Source of the DNA: Mobula hypostoma | Taxonomy: Eukaryota | Length of the DNA stretch: 64,000 bases | Direction of reading: 5' to 3' | Assembly (NCBI RefSeq): GCF_963921235.1 | Contig: NC_086108.1 | Coordinates: 70,682,001 to 70,746,000, forward strand | In this document: in pieces, positions 39,401-50,696 of the stretch | How positions within the stretch are numbered: position 1 is the stretch's first letter | How the letters are laid out: every line of letters begins with the position of its first letter | Position numbers and translations under genes: made by a program | Notes under the pieces: generated by a model | The model's input: the letters and a program-made list of their open reading frames with translations, nothing else | What the model was told of the DNA's origin: nothing | The model's database searches: none

Positions 39401-41379
39401 GATGATGGATTGATGGCTTTGTTACAAAGGTTGCAGATGGTATGAAGACAGGTGGAGGAGCAGGTAGTTTTGAGGAAGTAGAGAAGCTACAGATGGACTT
39501 GGACAGGTTAGGATAATGGGCAAAGAAATGGCAGATGGAATATAGTGTTGGGAAGGGTATGGCCATGCTCTTTGGTAGAAAAATGAAAGGATTGACTATT
39601 TCTAAATGGAGAGAAAATACAAAAAAACTGAGGTGCAAAAGGACTTTGCAGTCCTTGTTCAGGATTCCTTAAATGTTATTTTGCTGGTTGAGTCTGTGGC
39701 GAGGAAGGCAAATGTAATGTTTGCATTTATTTCAAGAGGGCTAGAATAAAAAAGCAAAGGTATAATGTTGAAACTTTATGAAGCACTGGTGAGGACTCGC
39801 TTGGAGTTTTAAGAGCAGGTTTGGGCCCCTTATCTTGGAAAGGATTGCTGAAACTGGAGAGAGTTCAAAGAAGGTTCACGAAAATGATTCCAGGATTGAA
39901 TGGCTTGTCAAATGAAGAGCGTTTGATGGCTCTGGGCCTGTATTCACTGGAATTCAGAAGAAGGAGAGGTGACCTCATTGAAACCCATTGAATGGTGAAA
40001 GGCTTTGCAGAGTGAATGTGGAGAGGATGTTTCCTATAGTGGGTGAGTCTAAGACTAGAGGACACAGCCTCAAAATAGAAGGGCGTCCTTTTAGAACTGT
40101 CAAGGTCCGGTTCATGAAATCTGCATTCCAGTTCACGGTCGGGTTAGTCAATTCCTTATTCTGGGTTTTCTGTTTTCCCTTGTTCCATTGGGTGCCTTAA
40201 TTGAGGCACCTGATTCTCGTTTTGGGCTGGAGGTAAATACCTCTCAAACCAAGGATTCCCTGCTGAACTGTTCCCTTCCCTTCTGCTTACTTCTGATCCT
40301 CTGCCTGCAACCTCGTTAGTATCCCCATCAAGTTCAACCGACCGGAGCCTTGCCACACCAAGAGTAGGAACTATTTATCGTTAAGTTTGGAACTGTCTCT
40401 TTGTGCCCCCGTGTTTAGTGTCTGTGTTCTGTGTATGAGTCCTGGCCCTACGTCCTGTGCTCCCCAAGGAGGGGTCCCGGCTCTGTGTTTTCTGTTCCTG
40501 TGCTCAAGTCCAAGGATCTGTATCCCTGTGTTCCAAGACCAAGTCCAAGTGCCGTGCTGCAGCCCTGTCCACGTCTGAGCTTCGGGTCCTCGCCCAGCCT
40601 GGTGCTGGAGATTCCTCGTCCTGTGCTGGATCGTCCCCAATCGAATCCTCGGCAGTCATCCCGGCCCTGCATCCTAGAAAGGGTCCTGACCCTGCGTCCT
40701 AGAAAGGGTCCCGGTCCCGCGCTCCAAGGAGGAGTCCCGGCCCCGTACCCAAGAGCCTAACCAAGCCGAGTCCAAGAGCCGAGCCGAACCTCGTCCTGCC
40801 CTGGAGGTTCCTCGTCCAGTCCACGTCCCGAGCCCTAGCCTAGACCTGGGTTCCAATTCCGAGTCAAGACCTAGGTTCCAGGTCCTTGTCCAGACTCCGG
40901 TCCCGGAGTTCCGAGTTCCTAGTCCGGGTCCCGTGCTTCCAGCCCAAGCCGTAGCCCAGGCCCTGAATCCTAGTCTCGTCCAGGGCCTGTGTCAATGTCC
41001 AGCGTCGTTTCTTCTTGACTCCCCTTGCTATCTCGATAATCCTAGTCCTGTAGAACTACAGTGTCTGTGTCTTGCTTTTGGGTCTGCCTTCAACGCCCCC
41101 CACCCCGTGACAAGAACTGAGATCAGGAGGAATTTCTTTAGTCAGGGAGTAGTGAATCTGTGGAATTATTTACCACAGGCAGCTGTGGAGGCCAAGTCTT
41201 TATACAGTATATATTTAAGTAGAGGTTGATAGATTCTTGATTGGTCAGGGCATGAAGGGATACGGGAGGACGACAGGAGACTGGGGCTGAGAGGAAAATT
41301 GGATCAGCAATAATGAAATGGTGGAGCATACGTGATGGGCTGAATGGCCTACTTCTGCTCCTATATTTTATGGTCTTAT
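36482..41379 (+). mobile_element. Degraded near-full-length CR1 LINE, interrupted by a solo LTR
   Basis: ORF1 starts MPGRIIECSSCGMWE...YNCENCIQLQLL (CxxC..CxxC), followed by esterase pieces (EDSLVRG, DGLHLN) and ORF2 fragments (GKSCLTNLLE, LDFQKAFD). The 3' tail reads ...ctgctcctatattttatggtctta. Many stops and frameshifts. Confidence 0.9.
40098..41112 (+). mobile_element. Solo LTR (Gypsy-like), 1015 bp
   Basis: Starts TGTCA, ends TGACA, and is flanked by a perfect 5-bp TSD AGAAC (40093-97, 41113-17). Removing it restores the CR1 sequence. Confidence 0.88.
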
Positions 41380-42353
41380 AAGTGTCTGCCTATTCCCTGA
41401 AAAGTCTTCTGGCTTTTTCGACTCTTGCTCCTTCCCACTTACACGATGCTGCAAAGTGATCTTGGCTCTGGCTGACCCCCAGAGGAACATTCATGCCACC
41501 ATTTTCCGAAAGTGATACACAGTTCTGGAGTGAAATACATGATGAAGCTTTCCTGACCCCATTCCTCTACCTAATTGCCACCTGGAGAGATTCACTCTCT
41601 TGCTGTGTTAGCCCCATTGGCAATGGGCTGAATATGTGATTTTGTAGTTTTAATCCCCGATCCTAGCCCATGATGGAAAGATTTATAAAACGTGCTCATG
41701 TCCAGAAATTGTTGGCGCTAATACAGTTTTTACACTATACTTGCCCAACAGTACAGAATGCCGAAGGCTCGTGTCTTATTTACACTGAAGCACCACTGTG
41801 AAGTTTCGATAGCAATGAGACTCTGCAGCTATTATCAAGTGTGGAAGCAATGTCAAGCGTGAAAAATATTAGACTTCAACACCTATCTAATTGAAGCAGG
41901 GGAACTAATGGCACAAGAAAGCGGCAATCATGGACAAAGCCTCAGACTGCAATAGGCTTCACGCGTTTCCTCTACAGAACGTACTTATTCCACAAATAAA
42001 ATGAAAGGAATTGAATTCGTTTTTGCTCAGAGTCTTCGTCCAGTAAAACAAGGAACTCCAGGTTCCGACGATAGAAGTTAGTCTGCCGTTAAAACACAGC
42101 TGCTTGGACGAGATCTTTAGCCAGAGCATGGAGAGCCAGCAGTGAAAGAATGAGTCGGTTTTACAGCCCGCAGCCAGATATTTAACTGGTTCCTGGCTCG
42201 ATCGTTCTGGGAGTCTGAACGATCGGGAGAACCAGCTTACCTGAGGTGCAGGGGCGCGGGCGTCAGCTGCCTTTGAGGTTCGTAACTTGGCTCGCACTCG
42301 GAATCCGTGCCTCTCGCACCATCCAGCTCGCTAACCTCTCTCTCGAGTTCACC

Positions 42354-42535
42354 ATGAGCGCGGAATGCAGCGGATACTATAATATGGAAAATATCTTCGT
42401 TGCTAACTTCACGTGCCCCAAGCCCGACGGCGATCTAGCTGCCAGTTACTGCTGCGGCTTCAATGACATCAAATACTGCTGTGATGATCCCAACAGCTTC
42501 TTCCCTTACGCCTACAGCTACATGTGGTGGTTAAG
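42354..42535 (+). CDS. SHISAL2A: Shisa-like 2A (FAM159A), first coding exon
   Basis: accATG in Kozak context. Translation MSAECSGYYNMENIFVANFTCPKPDGDLAASYCCGFNDIKYCCDDPNSFFPYAYSYMWWL shows the six-Cys Shisa-like pattern (C, C, CC, CC). GT donor at 42536, phase 2. Neighbour of GPX7 as in human. Confidence 0.93.
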
Positions 42536-43086
42536 GTAAAAAAAAAACACGTTTCTTCATTTATGTTGGCAGAGGGAAATTGCTTCTGTTTTCTAAGAAA
42601 AGCCGTCTGTTAATTGGTTAAGCAGCAACGGCTAATGAAATGCGCCTTTCAGGAATTCCTGGAGAGTGGACGATTGAGACACATAAAGAAACGCAGTGTC
42701 AATCAGAGTCCACGCAAAAACACTACTAACAGAGTGCCGGGTCCGCTCTTTTTGGCAAGGCTTATAATACAGATGTTGGGCACTCCAGGACAAGTGGCAG
42801 TAGTGGCATGATTTATAAGTGAACGGAACGGGAATGCAGCTCATTCTTTCCCGCTGATGGCGGGAAATTCCAGCCGCGGCAAGCACACCTTCCAAAGCCC
42901 CTTTACATCGCAAGTAGTCTGCCGAGCAGAGACATGGTAGACTGCAAGAACAACGAGTTTGCTTACAACCAATTGTCCTTAAAACAAATTAGTGTCAAAA
43001 ATAGGATCCTGTGCAATGCAAAACCTCTTTATTAATGCACACCCTGGTATTTACAGTCAGGTACAAATAAATATACGTGCACCGTT

Positions 43087-43115
43087 TACACACACGCGCG
43101 CGCGCGCGCGCGCGT
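43087..43115. repeat. (CA)n(CG)10 alternating purine-pyrimidine tract
   Basis: tacacacacgcgcgcgcgcgcgcgcgcgt, with 10 consecutive CG at 43095-43114. Confidence 0.9.
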
Positions 43116-45289
43116 CAACATTTAAACATACAATCACCTGCAGTAACAGGTTAAAAGAGGTGTGAAGAATATTTTCACCAAGAAATATATAATTTACACA
43201 AGTCATACTTAAAACTCTGTAACCCTTTCAAGAGGTGGTTCTGACCTCTGTGATGCGTGTTGGAATAACGTGGATTTACCTGACAGTATTATGACAAGTT
43301 TTCCATAATAACCAGGAACGATTCGGAGAACCAGATAAACATCAAGTTCGCAGCGCAGTGTGTGGCCGTCCGCTGTGTGTGTGATCGGGATGGGCTGGAT
43401 TATGTGGCGAGCAGAGGGAGAAGGGGTTGGATAGTGGTGTGGTGTTTTAAGGATGAGGTTTATAGTGAGTGGTGAATGCAGTCAATATAAAAACGGAAAA
43501 TGCTGGAATACCTCATAGATCAGTGAACATCGGTGGAGAGAGAGATAAGCAATATTGACATTTCTTAGTAATTCTGACTAAAGGTCATTGACTGGAAATG
43601 CTAACTTTCTCACTCCTCAGTTTTTCATATTTTGTGTGCCATTTGGCACAGAACAATCCCGATCCCCATTTATTTGCTCTGTAACCAATTGTCCCCCATT
43701 CCCATCAACTCACCTATGCTACGGTAGACAATGAGCTTACTTTAGGAGGAAACCAGGACACTAGCTCCACACAGGGATACTAGCAGACCTGTGAATTTTC
43801 AGGTTTACTTTTTTACAATTGGAAATTTCCAAACATTTGCAATGTTTTGCTTTTCAATTGCTCACTGTTACTGATCAAGGTGGAAAATGAAGACTTGACT
43901 GGTAAGCAAGTTTAAAATGTTCCTGCATGTTTATTGGCAATTATTGTTTTTTTTTCTGGAATCCTTGAAGATTAAAACACTTTTTAATAAATTACCTTCC
44001 AGCAGTGACTGGCATTGGAAACCACAAGCTTAAATGCATCATTAGTTTAAGTTCACTGGAGCTATGTTCAATGATTCAGTGTTGTGGAAGGATAGGAGAA
44101 GCGATCTAGTCATGATCTGTGTCATTAAGCTGATGATAGTGAATACTTCTCCATGTTGCAATAAAAAGAGACGCGATAATTTTAAGCACAGATTAAATGC
44201 AGCGAATTTTGTTGTTACATGTAACTTAGTGAATTTTCACCATTGCATCAATGGAAGTGAGCAGTTCTCAGGAATACAAGCTGCCGTCCATAACAATGAC
44301 GTTAGTACTTTTTAAAACTTTTAAAAAACTGTTAAAATACTAGCAGATTGTTACCATATTTTAAGAGATGTAATTAATTTTCCCTGTCTTTATCCATTTG
44401 ATACATTTTCTACAACAGTCCAAAGTACATATGTCAGTGATTTGCTCTGATTTAATATTAAGGAAGTAAAGAAGTTCCATATTTTGTTGAAATTGACTTC
44501 ATGTTATAATAGATTATTTTTTAAATTGTTACTCTGTCTTTGTTCTCCCTTTTTGTCAATGTTCTTGCACAAATCCATGTTTTTGCCTGACTATTCCCTA
44601 TTGAAAAGGAAATAATACTTAGGTCTTATCTTGGTAGGCAAGAATGTGAAAGGATTTAGCAGCACCTAAAATAAATGTTCGGTGGAGAATGTCCAAGGAC
44701 GCACTGTCATAATAACTTTTTCTCATTGTATGGTACCTTTTGATTTTGGTTGGTACCCGGGGATGAGTATGGATTGGAAATTGTTTTCTGAGCTCTTCCA
44801 CTAGCTCTTCAATCACTTCAGCTTCCAGGGTATTCTGCTGGGAGTGAGAGTTGATTACTCATATTCTGGGCAAAATATGAGAATCGATATGAAAAAAAAG
44901 CGTGGATGATACAATGCATTAATCATTGGTCCTGATTTGACATAGTGACAGTAAAATTACCGGTATATCTTTTAGTCATTTCATAAAATTGACATGTGAT
45001 TTCTGTACGTGAATCATTTTAACTAGAAATCCTACTCAGATTCAGACCTTCACACATTGGGCTGTTTCTGCTTTTCCAACAAGTGACATGAATTTTAGGG
45101 ATTTGCAAAGTAAATCTGGTATAAAATGTTTGAAAATCTCACACTTATATGATGTCCAAATGAATCATATTCGCTGCTTTGCAAAGTACGTACGATCCTT
45201 AAATTTTAATCTTATGGATGCGAATTGTTATTTCTTTACAAAACTGTCTAAAAATATAAATTTAATTTGATTAAAAGTCACTTGGTAAT

Positions 45290-46400
45290 TGGTTCATTGT
45301 TGTCACATTTATCAAAATAAGTGAAAATCCATGCAGATCATTTTACAACATCAGTACATTGAGGTGGTTACAAGGGAAAAGCGATAACAGAATGCAGAAT
45401 AAGTATGGGTCTTCAAGCTCCTGCCCGTTTGAGCACATATCCCAGATGGTGAGGATCTTTAACGATGGATGCCAGATTCTTGAGGCACTACATCTTGAAG
45501 ATGTCCCCGATGGCTGGGAGGGTCACGCTGTTATAGAACTGGCTGAGTCTACAAGAATCTACAGCCTCTTGCAATCCTGTGCATTGGGTCCTCTATACTA
45601 AGGTTTCCTGACTTTTTTTTAGGCCATGGACCGCTACTATTAACCGAGGGGCCCATTGACCCCAGGTTGGGACCTCCTGCTATGATGCAACCAGTCAGAA
45701 TGCTCCCCTCTGCACACGTGGAGCAATTTGCAAGAGCCCTGGTGACATGCTAAATCCACTCAAACTCCTAATGAAGTAGAGCCAGTGGTCGGCCTTCTTC
45801 ATGATTGCATCAGTGTATTGGGACGAGGATAGATCCTCGAGTTGTTGATGCCCAGGAACTCTTGAAGGATGGAATGACGTTGGCCTTTGAGACAGAGATC
45901 ACAGGGTCCAGATCTGATGTCAGGAACAGTAACTGTGAGTACAGGTGTTTTGGAGCCTGTTCGAGTGGCTGATGATAGCCCATTGTCCTTTTGTTCAAAA
46001 TGTGCTTAGAATGTGTTAGGCATATTGAGGAGGGAGGCAATGTTGTCCATGAGGTGAGACCCATTGAGGAGGGAGGCAATGTTGTCAATGAGGTAAGGCC
46101 CATTGAGGAGGGAGACAATGTTGTCAATGAGGTGAGACCCATTGAGGAGGGAGGCAATGTTGTCAATGAGGCTGCCCCACTTCATTTTGTAGCCCATTAT
46201 ACCATGCAAGCCCTGTCATAGCTGAGGGTTGGTCTGGAGTTGATTTTTGGCTGGAATTGCCTCGTGGCACTTCTGATAGCTTTAGGAAGGTTGTACCTTG
46301 ATTTCTCTAACAGGTCAGGATCACCTGATTGAATGCTACAGACTCAGACTTCATTAGGGAATGGTTCTCTCAGTCATCCATAGTTTCTAGTTTGCTCTGG
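45290..46400 (-). mobile_element. Fragmented Rex/Babar LINE pieces
   Basis: Similar to the other copies (atgatgcaaccagtcagaatgctc; ctcctaatgaagtagagcc; acagagatcacagggtc). Confidence 0.55.
46024..46170 (+). repeat. 39-bp tandem repeat, about 3.8 copies
   Basis: Unit attgaggagggaggcaatgttgtcaatgaggtgagaccc. Confidence 0.9.
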
Positions 46401-47057
46401 AAATGATGCCACAGAAATTGTCAAAGAACAGCATGTCAGTGGGAGGGTGTTAAAGATTTCAGAATAACTTGATATAATCTTTTAATCCTTCCCTGACACA
46501 GTAGCAGAAGACTGAAAATGGCAAATGCAACAGCCGTTTCCCAAAAGGACTGTAAGTTATATGGAAAATTCTGGAAAAGAACATGCACAAAATGGATTCA
46601 ATAGCAAAGTGACAAATTCTGTATTTTGTTAAATGACATTCTGGGATGTCTGAGCTGAATTGTATTTTTATTGGAATAAAGACTTTTATGCTTGCTAAAG
46701 CAGACCTGCGTTTTTTTGGGGGGAGGGTGGATACAAAATTGATTGTGGCTAATTTTGGTTATCTTTTGTGTATTATTTTTCAAATAGAACTTTTGTGGCA
46801 TTGTTTTTGATAACATCCCTACAGAAGCTATACCAACTGTAATATAATCACTTAAAGGATAATGAATGAGCATCAGCACCTGATACTTCAGTGCAATAAA
46901 ATTGATGGCTGTTTTGTTGAAAATCATGGACATTTGGTAATGAGAAGATGGGTTTAGAATAAATCACTGAAGATAAGCATGTAATGTATATCACCTGAAA
47001 CCCCAAAGAGTTACAATTAATCCTGCATATTTTTCTTTCCTATTAATAGGCTGTATA

Positions 47058-47285
47058 AACGAGAGAAAATTTGCAGATGCTGGAAATCAAAGTAAAACAC
47101 ACAAAATGCTCTGGAGAAACCCAGCAGGCCAGGCAGCATCTATGGAAAAGAGTAAAGAGTCGATGTTTCAGGCCACGACTCTTCATTGTCCTGATGAAGG
47201 GTCTCAGCCCAAAACGTTGACTCCTTACTCCTTTCCATAGATGCTGCCTGACCTGCTGAGTTCCTCCTGCATTTTGTGTGTATTG
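47058..47285. mobile_element. Palindromic PLE-terminus mini-element with back-to-back hammerhead-like motifs
   Basis: Inverted arms acacaaaatgc...gcagcatctatggaaa and tttccatagatgctgc...gcattttgtgtg flank a central gtc-CTGATGA-agggtctcagccc-aaaac-gtt-gac. Confidence 0.8.
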
Positions 47286-49182
47286 TATAAACTTTTCTGT
47301 TTCCAGCAGCAGATTATTTATTTATTTTTACATCTTTATTCCTTTTTTTCTGATATCATTGCAATATTAATGTTAATATTATATTACAAGCTACTGTTAA
47401 ACACTAGAAATTATTACAGGTATTATATGAATTATTTATTAAGCATCAATGCAGATCTGAATATTGATTATGTTTTAATATACTGTATCAGTTACCAGCA
47501 ATGTTATTTATACCCTTGATTAGGTACAATTTGCACCAATCAAGTAGATAATTCTTTTTGTAATAAAATGCAATTAAGTAGACATTAATGCATTAATAGA
47601 TGTACTCACAGAAAGTCATGAAAATCATTCCTTATTTGCCTTGGTGATGATTTAAGTATAAGTATACAGTAATGGATGTAGTTAAGTTAATAAGACATAA
47701 GAGATTCTGCAGTTGCTGGAAATCTTGAGCAACACACAAAATGCCAGAGGAACTCTGCAGGGCGGGCAGCATCTATGGAGGGAAATGAACAGTCGACATT
47801 TCGGACTGAGACCCTTCCTTCACTGGGACTGGAAAGCTGGGGGCAGGTGGAGGAGAACAATATGGCAGGTGATGGGTGAGTCTAGATGAGGGAGAAGATA
47901 GGTGGGTAGGAATGGCGATGAAAGGGAATGTGAGCACATCGAAGGTGATAGGTGGAAGAAGTAAAAGGCTGAAGAAGGAGGAATCTGATGAGAGTGGACC
48001 ATGGAATAAAGAGAGGGAGGTAGAGAACGAGAAGGGAGTGATGGGCAGGTCATGAGGGTAGAGGAGGAGGAGTAAAAGGGCTACCAGAATTAGGGAAGAC
48101 AAAGTGGAGGGTGAAGCAGAGGGGGATAGTTACCAGAAGTTAGCAAAATCAGTGTTCATGCCATTGGGTTAGGGACTAAGAATATAAAGTGTTGCTCCTC
48201 AAACCTGTGTCAGGCCACACTGTGGCAGTAAAGTTGGCTGTGGACAGACATGATGGTGTGGGGCTGGGAATTGGTATTGAAATGAGTAGTCACTGGGAGA
48301 CCCTCGTTGTTGTGGTAGGAGAGCAAAGGTGCTAGACAAAGTGGTCCCGAATCCATGTTGGGTCTCACTGATGCAGAACAGGCTGCACCAGATGAAATAA
48401 CTGATCCCTAAAGACTTGCAGGTGAATCACCAGCTCACCTGTCAGGGGCCTGATTGGTGGTGAGGGAGGAGCTGCAGGGGCAGCTGTAGCATTTTGCACG
48501 GTTGTAAGGATAAGCGTCTATTGACATCTTTTCTACCAACATCTTTTTTTAAACAACTCCAATCGAAAGGCATGAAGGTTAATTTCTCTAACTTCTGGTA
48601 ACAACTCTTGCCCCACTGAACCCAGGTCCACATATCTTGACTCCATTTTGTTCCATTTGGGTCAGTCCCTTCCTTCCTAAATCCATGACAAATCGTACCA
48701 TTTCCATCACTTAAATCACTTAAGCTCCTTGGCCCCGACTATCTTATTTTCAGCAGAGACACTTACACTTCCATCTTCCATCAGGAAGGCCTTAAGGCTC
48801 TCCACTTCTTTCTTGACAACAGACCTAACCAGTTCCCCTCCACCACCACCTTCCTCCATCTGGCAGAAATGGTTCTTGCTCTCAAAAATTTCTTGTTTGG
48901 CTCCTCCCATTTTCTTGGAACGAAACATGTTGCCATGGGCAGTCATGTGGGCCCCATCTGTGCCTGCTCTTTTGTCAGCTACGTGGAATGGTGTATGTTC
49001 AAAGCCTGCATCTGTAATACTCCCTATTTCTTTCTCCACTATCCTGATGACTATAATTGGTGTTGTTTCCTGTACTCGTGCTGAGTTTGTCAATTTCATT
49101 AACTTGGCATGATGCCCTCATTCCCTTGGTCCATCTCTAACACTTCTCTTCCCTTTCTTGATCTCTCTGTCACCATTTCTGG

Positions 49183-49655
49183 AGACAATAGACAATAGGT
49201 GCAGGAGTAGGCCATTTGGCCCTTCGAGCCAGCACCGCCATTCACTGTGATCATGGCTGATCATCCACAATCAGTACCCTGTTCCTGCCTTCTCCCCATA
49301 TCCCTTGACTCCGCTATCTTTAAGAGCTCTATCTAATGCTTTTTTGAAAGAATCCAGAGAAATGGCCTCCACTTCTTAGGCAGAGCATTCCACAGAACCA
49401 CAACCCTCTGTGTGAAAAAGTTTTTCCTCAACTCCGTTCTAAATTGTCTACCCCTTATTCTTAAACTGTGGCCTTTGGTTCTGGACTCCCCCAACATCGG
49501 GAACATGTTTCCTGCCTCTAGCGTGTCCAATCCCTTCATAATCTTATATGTTTCAATTAGATCCCCTCTGATCCTTCTAAATTACAGTGTATACAAGCCC
49601 AGTCACTCCAATCTTTCAACATATGACAGTCCCGCCATCCCTGGAATTAACCCAG
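49183..49655 (-). mobile_element. CR1 3' fragment nested in the PLE
   Basis: Peptide KGLDTLEAGNMFPMLGESRTKGHSLRIRGRQFRTELRKNFFTQRVV and a tail repeat (agacaat)2. Confidence 0.85.
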
Positions 49656-50696
49656 TGATTGTACTGACATCTTTTACAAACCCACTGACTCTAGCAGCTA
49701 CAGTATCTTGACTATACCTCATCGTAAAAATGCTTTTCTTTTCTCTCAGTTCCTCTGTCTCCACAGCAACAATTCTCAGGGTGAGGATATCAAATCCAGT
49801 GCTTATGAGATGTCCACTGTTTTTTTCTGAAAACAGGGTTTCCCTTCCATCAGTATAATGCTGCCTCATCTGAATTTCCTTGAACTCTCATTTGTCCTCC
49901 CTCACCCCATCCCGCTCCCCCGATATAACAGGGCTAGGGTTCCCCTTGTCCTCACCTACCACCCTATGAGCTTCCACATCCAACACAACTCTCCGCAACT
50001 TCTGCCAACTCCAACAGAATCCCACGACTAGGCACATCTCCTCACCCCCAGCCCCACCCACTCCAAACACACATTCAGGCCTCTGTTTCCATGGGGATCA
50101 CTCTCTTTGACTCCCTTATCTACGTATCCTTCCTCACAGATCTCCCTCCTGGCATTTATCATTGAAACTGCGCAAAGTCCTTTTCCTGCTCCTATGCCTT
50201 CTCCTCCATCACTATTCAGGGGCCAAAACGGTCCTTCAGGATGAAGTGGTGATTTGCCTCCCAGACTGTCATGGTCATTTATTGCCGTTGGTGCTCCTGT
50301 GCAGCCTGCCCTATGTGGGTGGACCCAACATACGTTTCGTTGAGCACCTTTGCTCCGTTGACTGGAACAGCCAGGATCTCCCAGTGGCCATCTAATTCAT
50401 TTCCACTTCCCATTGCCACACTGGCTACATCTGTCCACAGCCTCCTATTGCTGTGCTGAGGCCAAACACAAGTTGAAGAAGCAACACTTCATATCCATTC
50501 TTGGTGGTCTCTGACCTGATAGCATGAACATTAACTTTTCTAACTTGTGGTAAACATTCCCCTCTGCTTAACCCCCCCCCCCCCGCTTACCCCTTATGTT
50601 TTGATGTGCCTCTCATCCCTTCTCATAACCTCCCTCTGGTTCATAGAATAGTACAGCACAGTACAGGCCCTTCGGCCCACAATGTTGTGCCGACCC

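Larger units (their letters stand above)
41950..43420. promoter_or_regulatory. CpG-enriched promoter / first-exon region of SHISAL2A
   Basis: CpG dinucleotides are visibly more frequent here than in the flanks, and the region overlaps the ATG exon. Not quantified. Confidence 0.55.

Noticed and set aside
42246..42353. GTG-initiated N-terminal extension of SHISAL2A
   Set aside because: Homology begins at the Kozak ATG at 42354; the extension is an artefact of alternative-start ORF calling with no other support.
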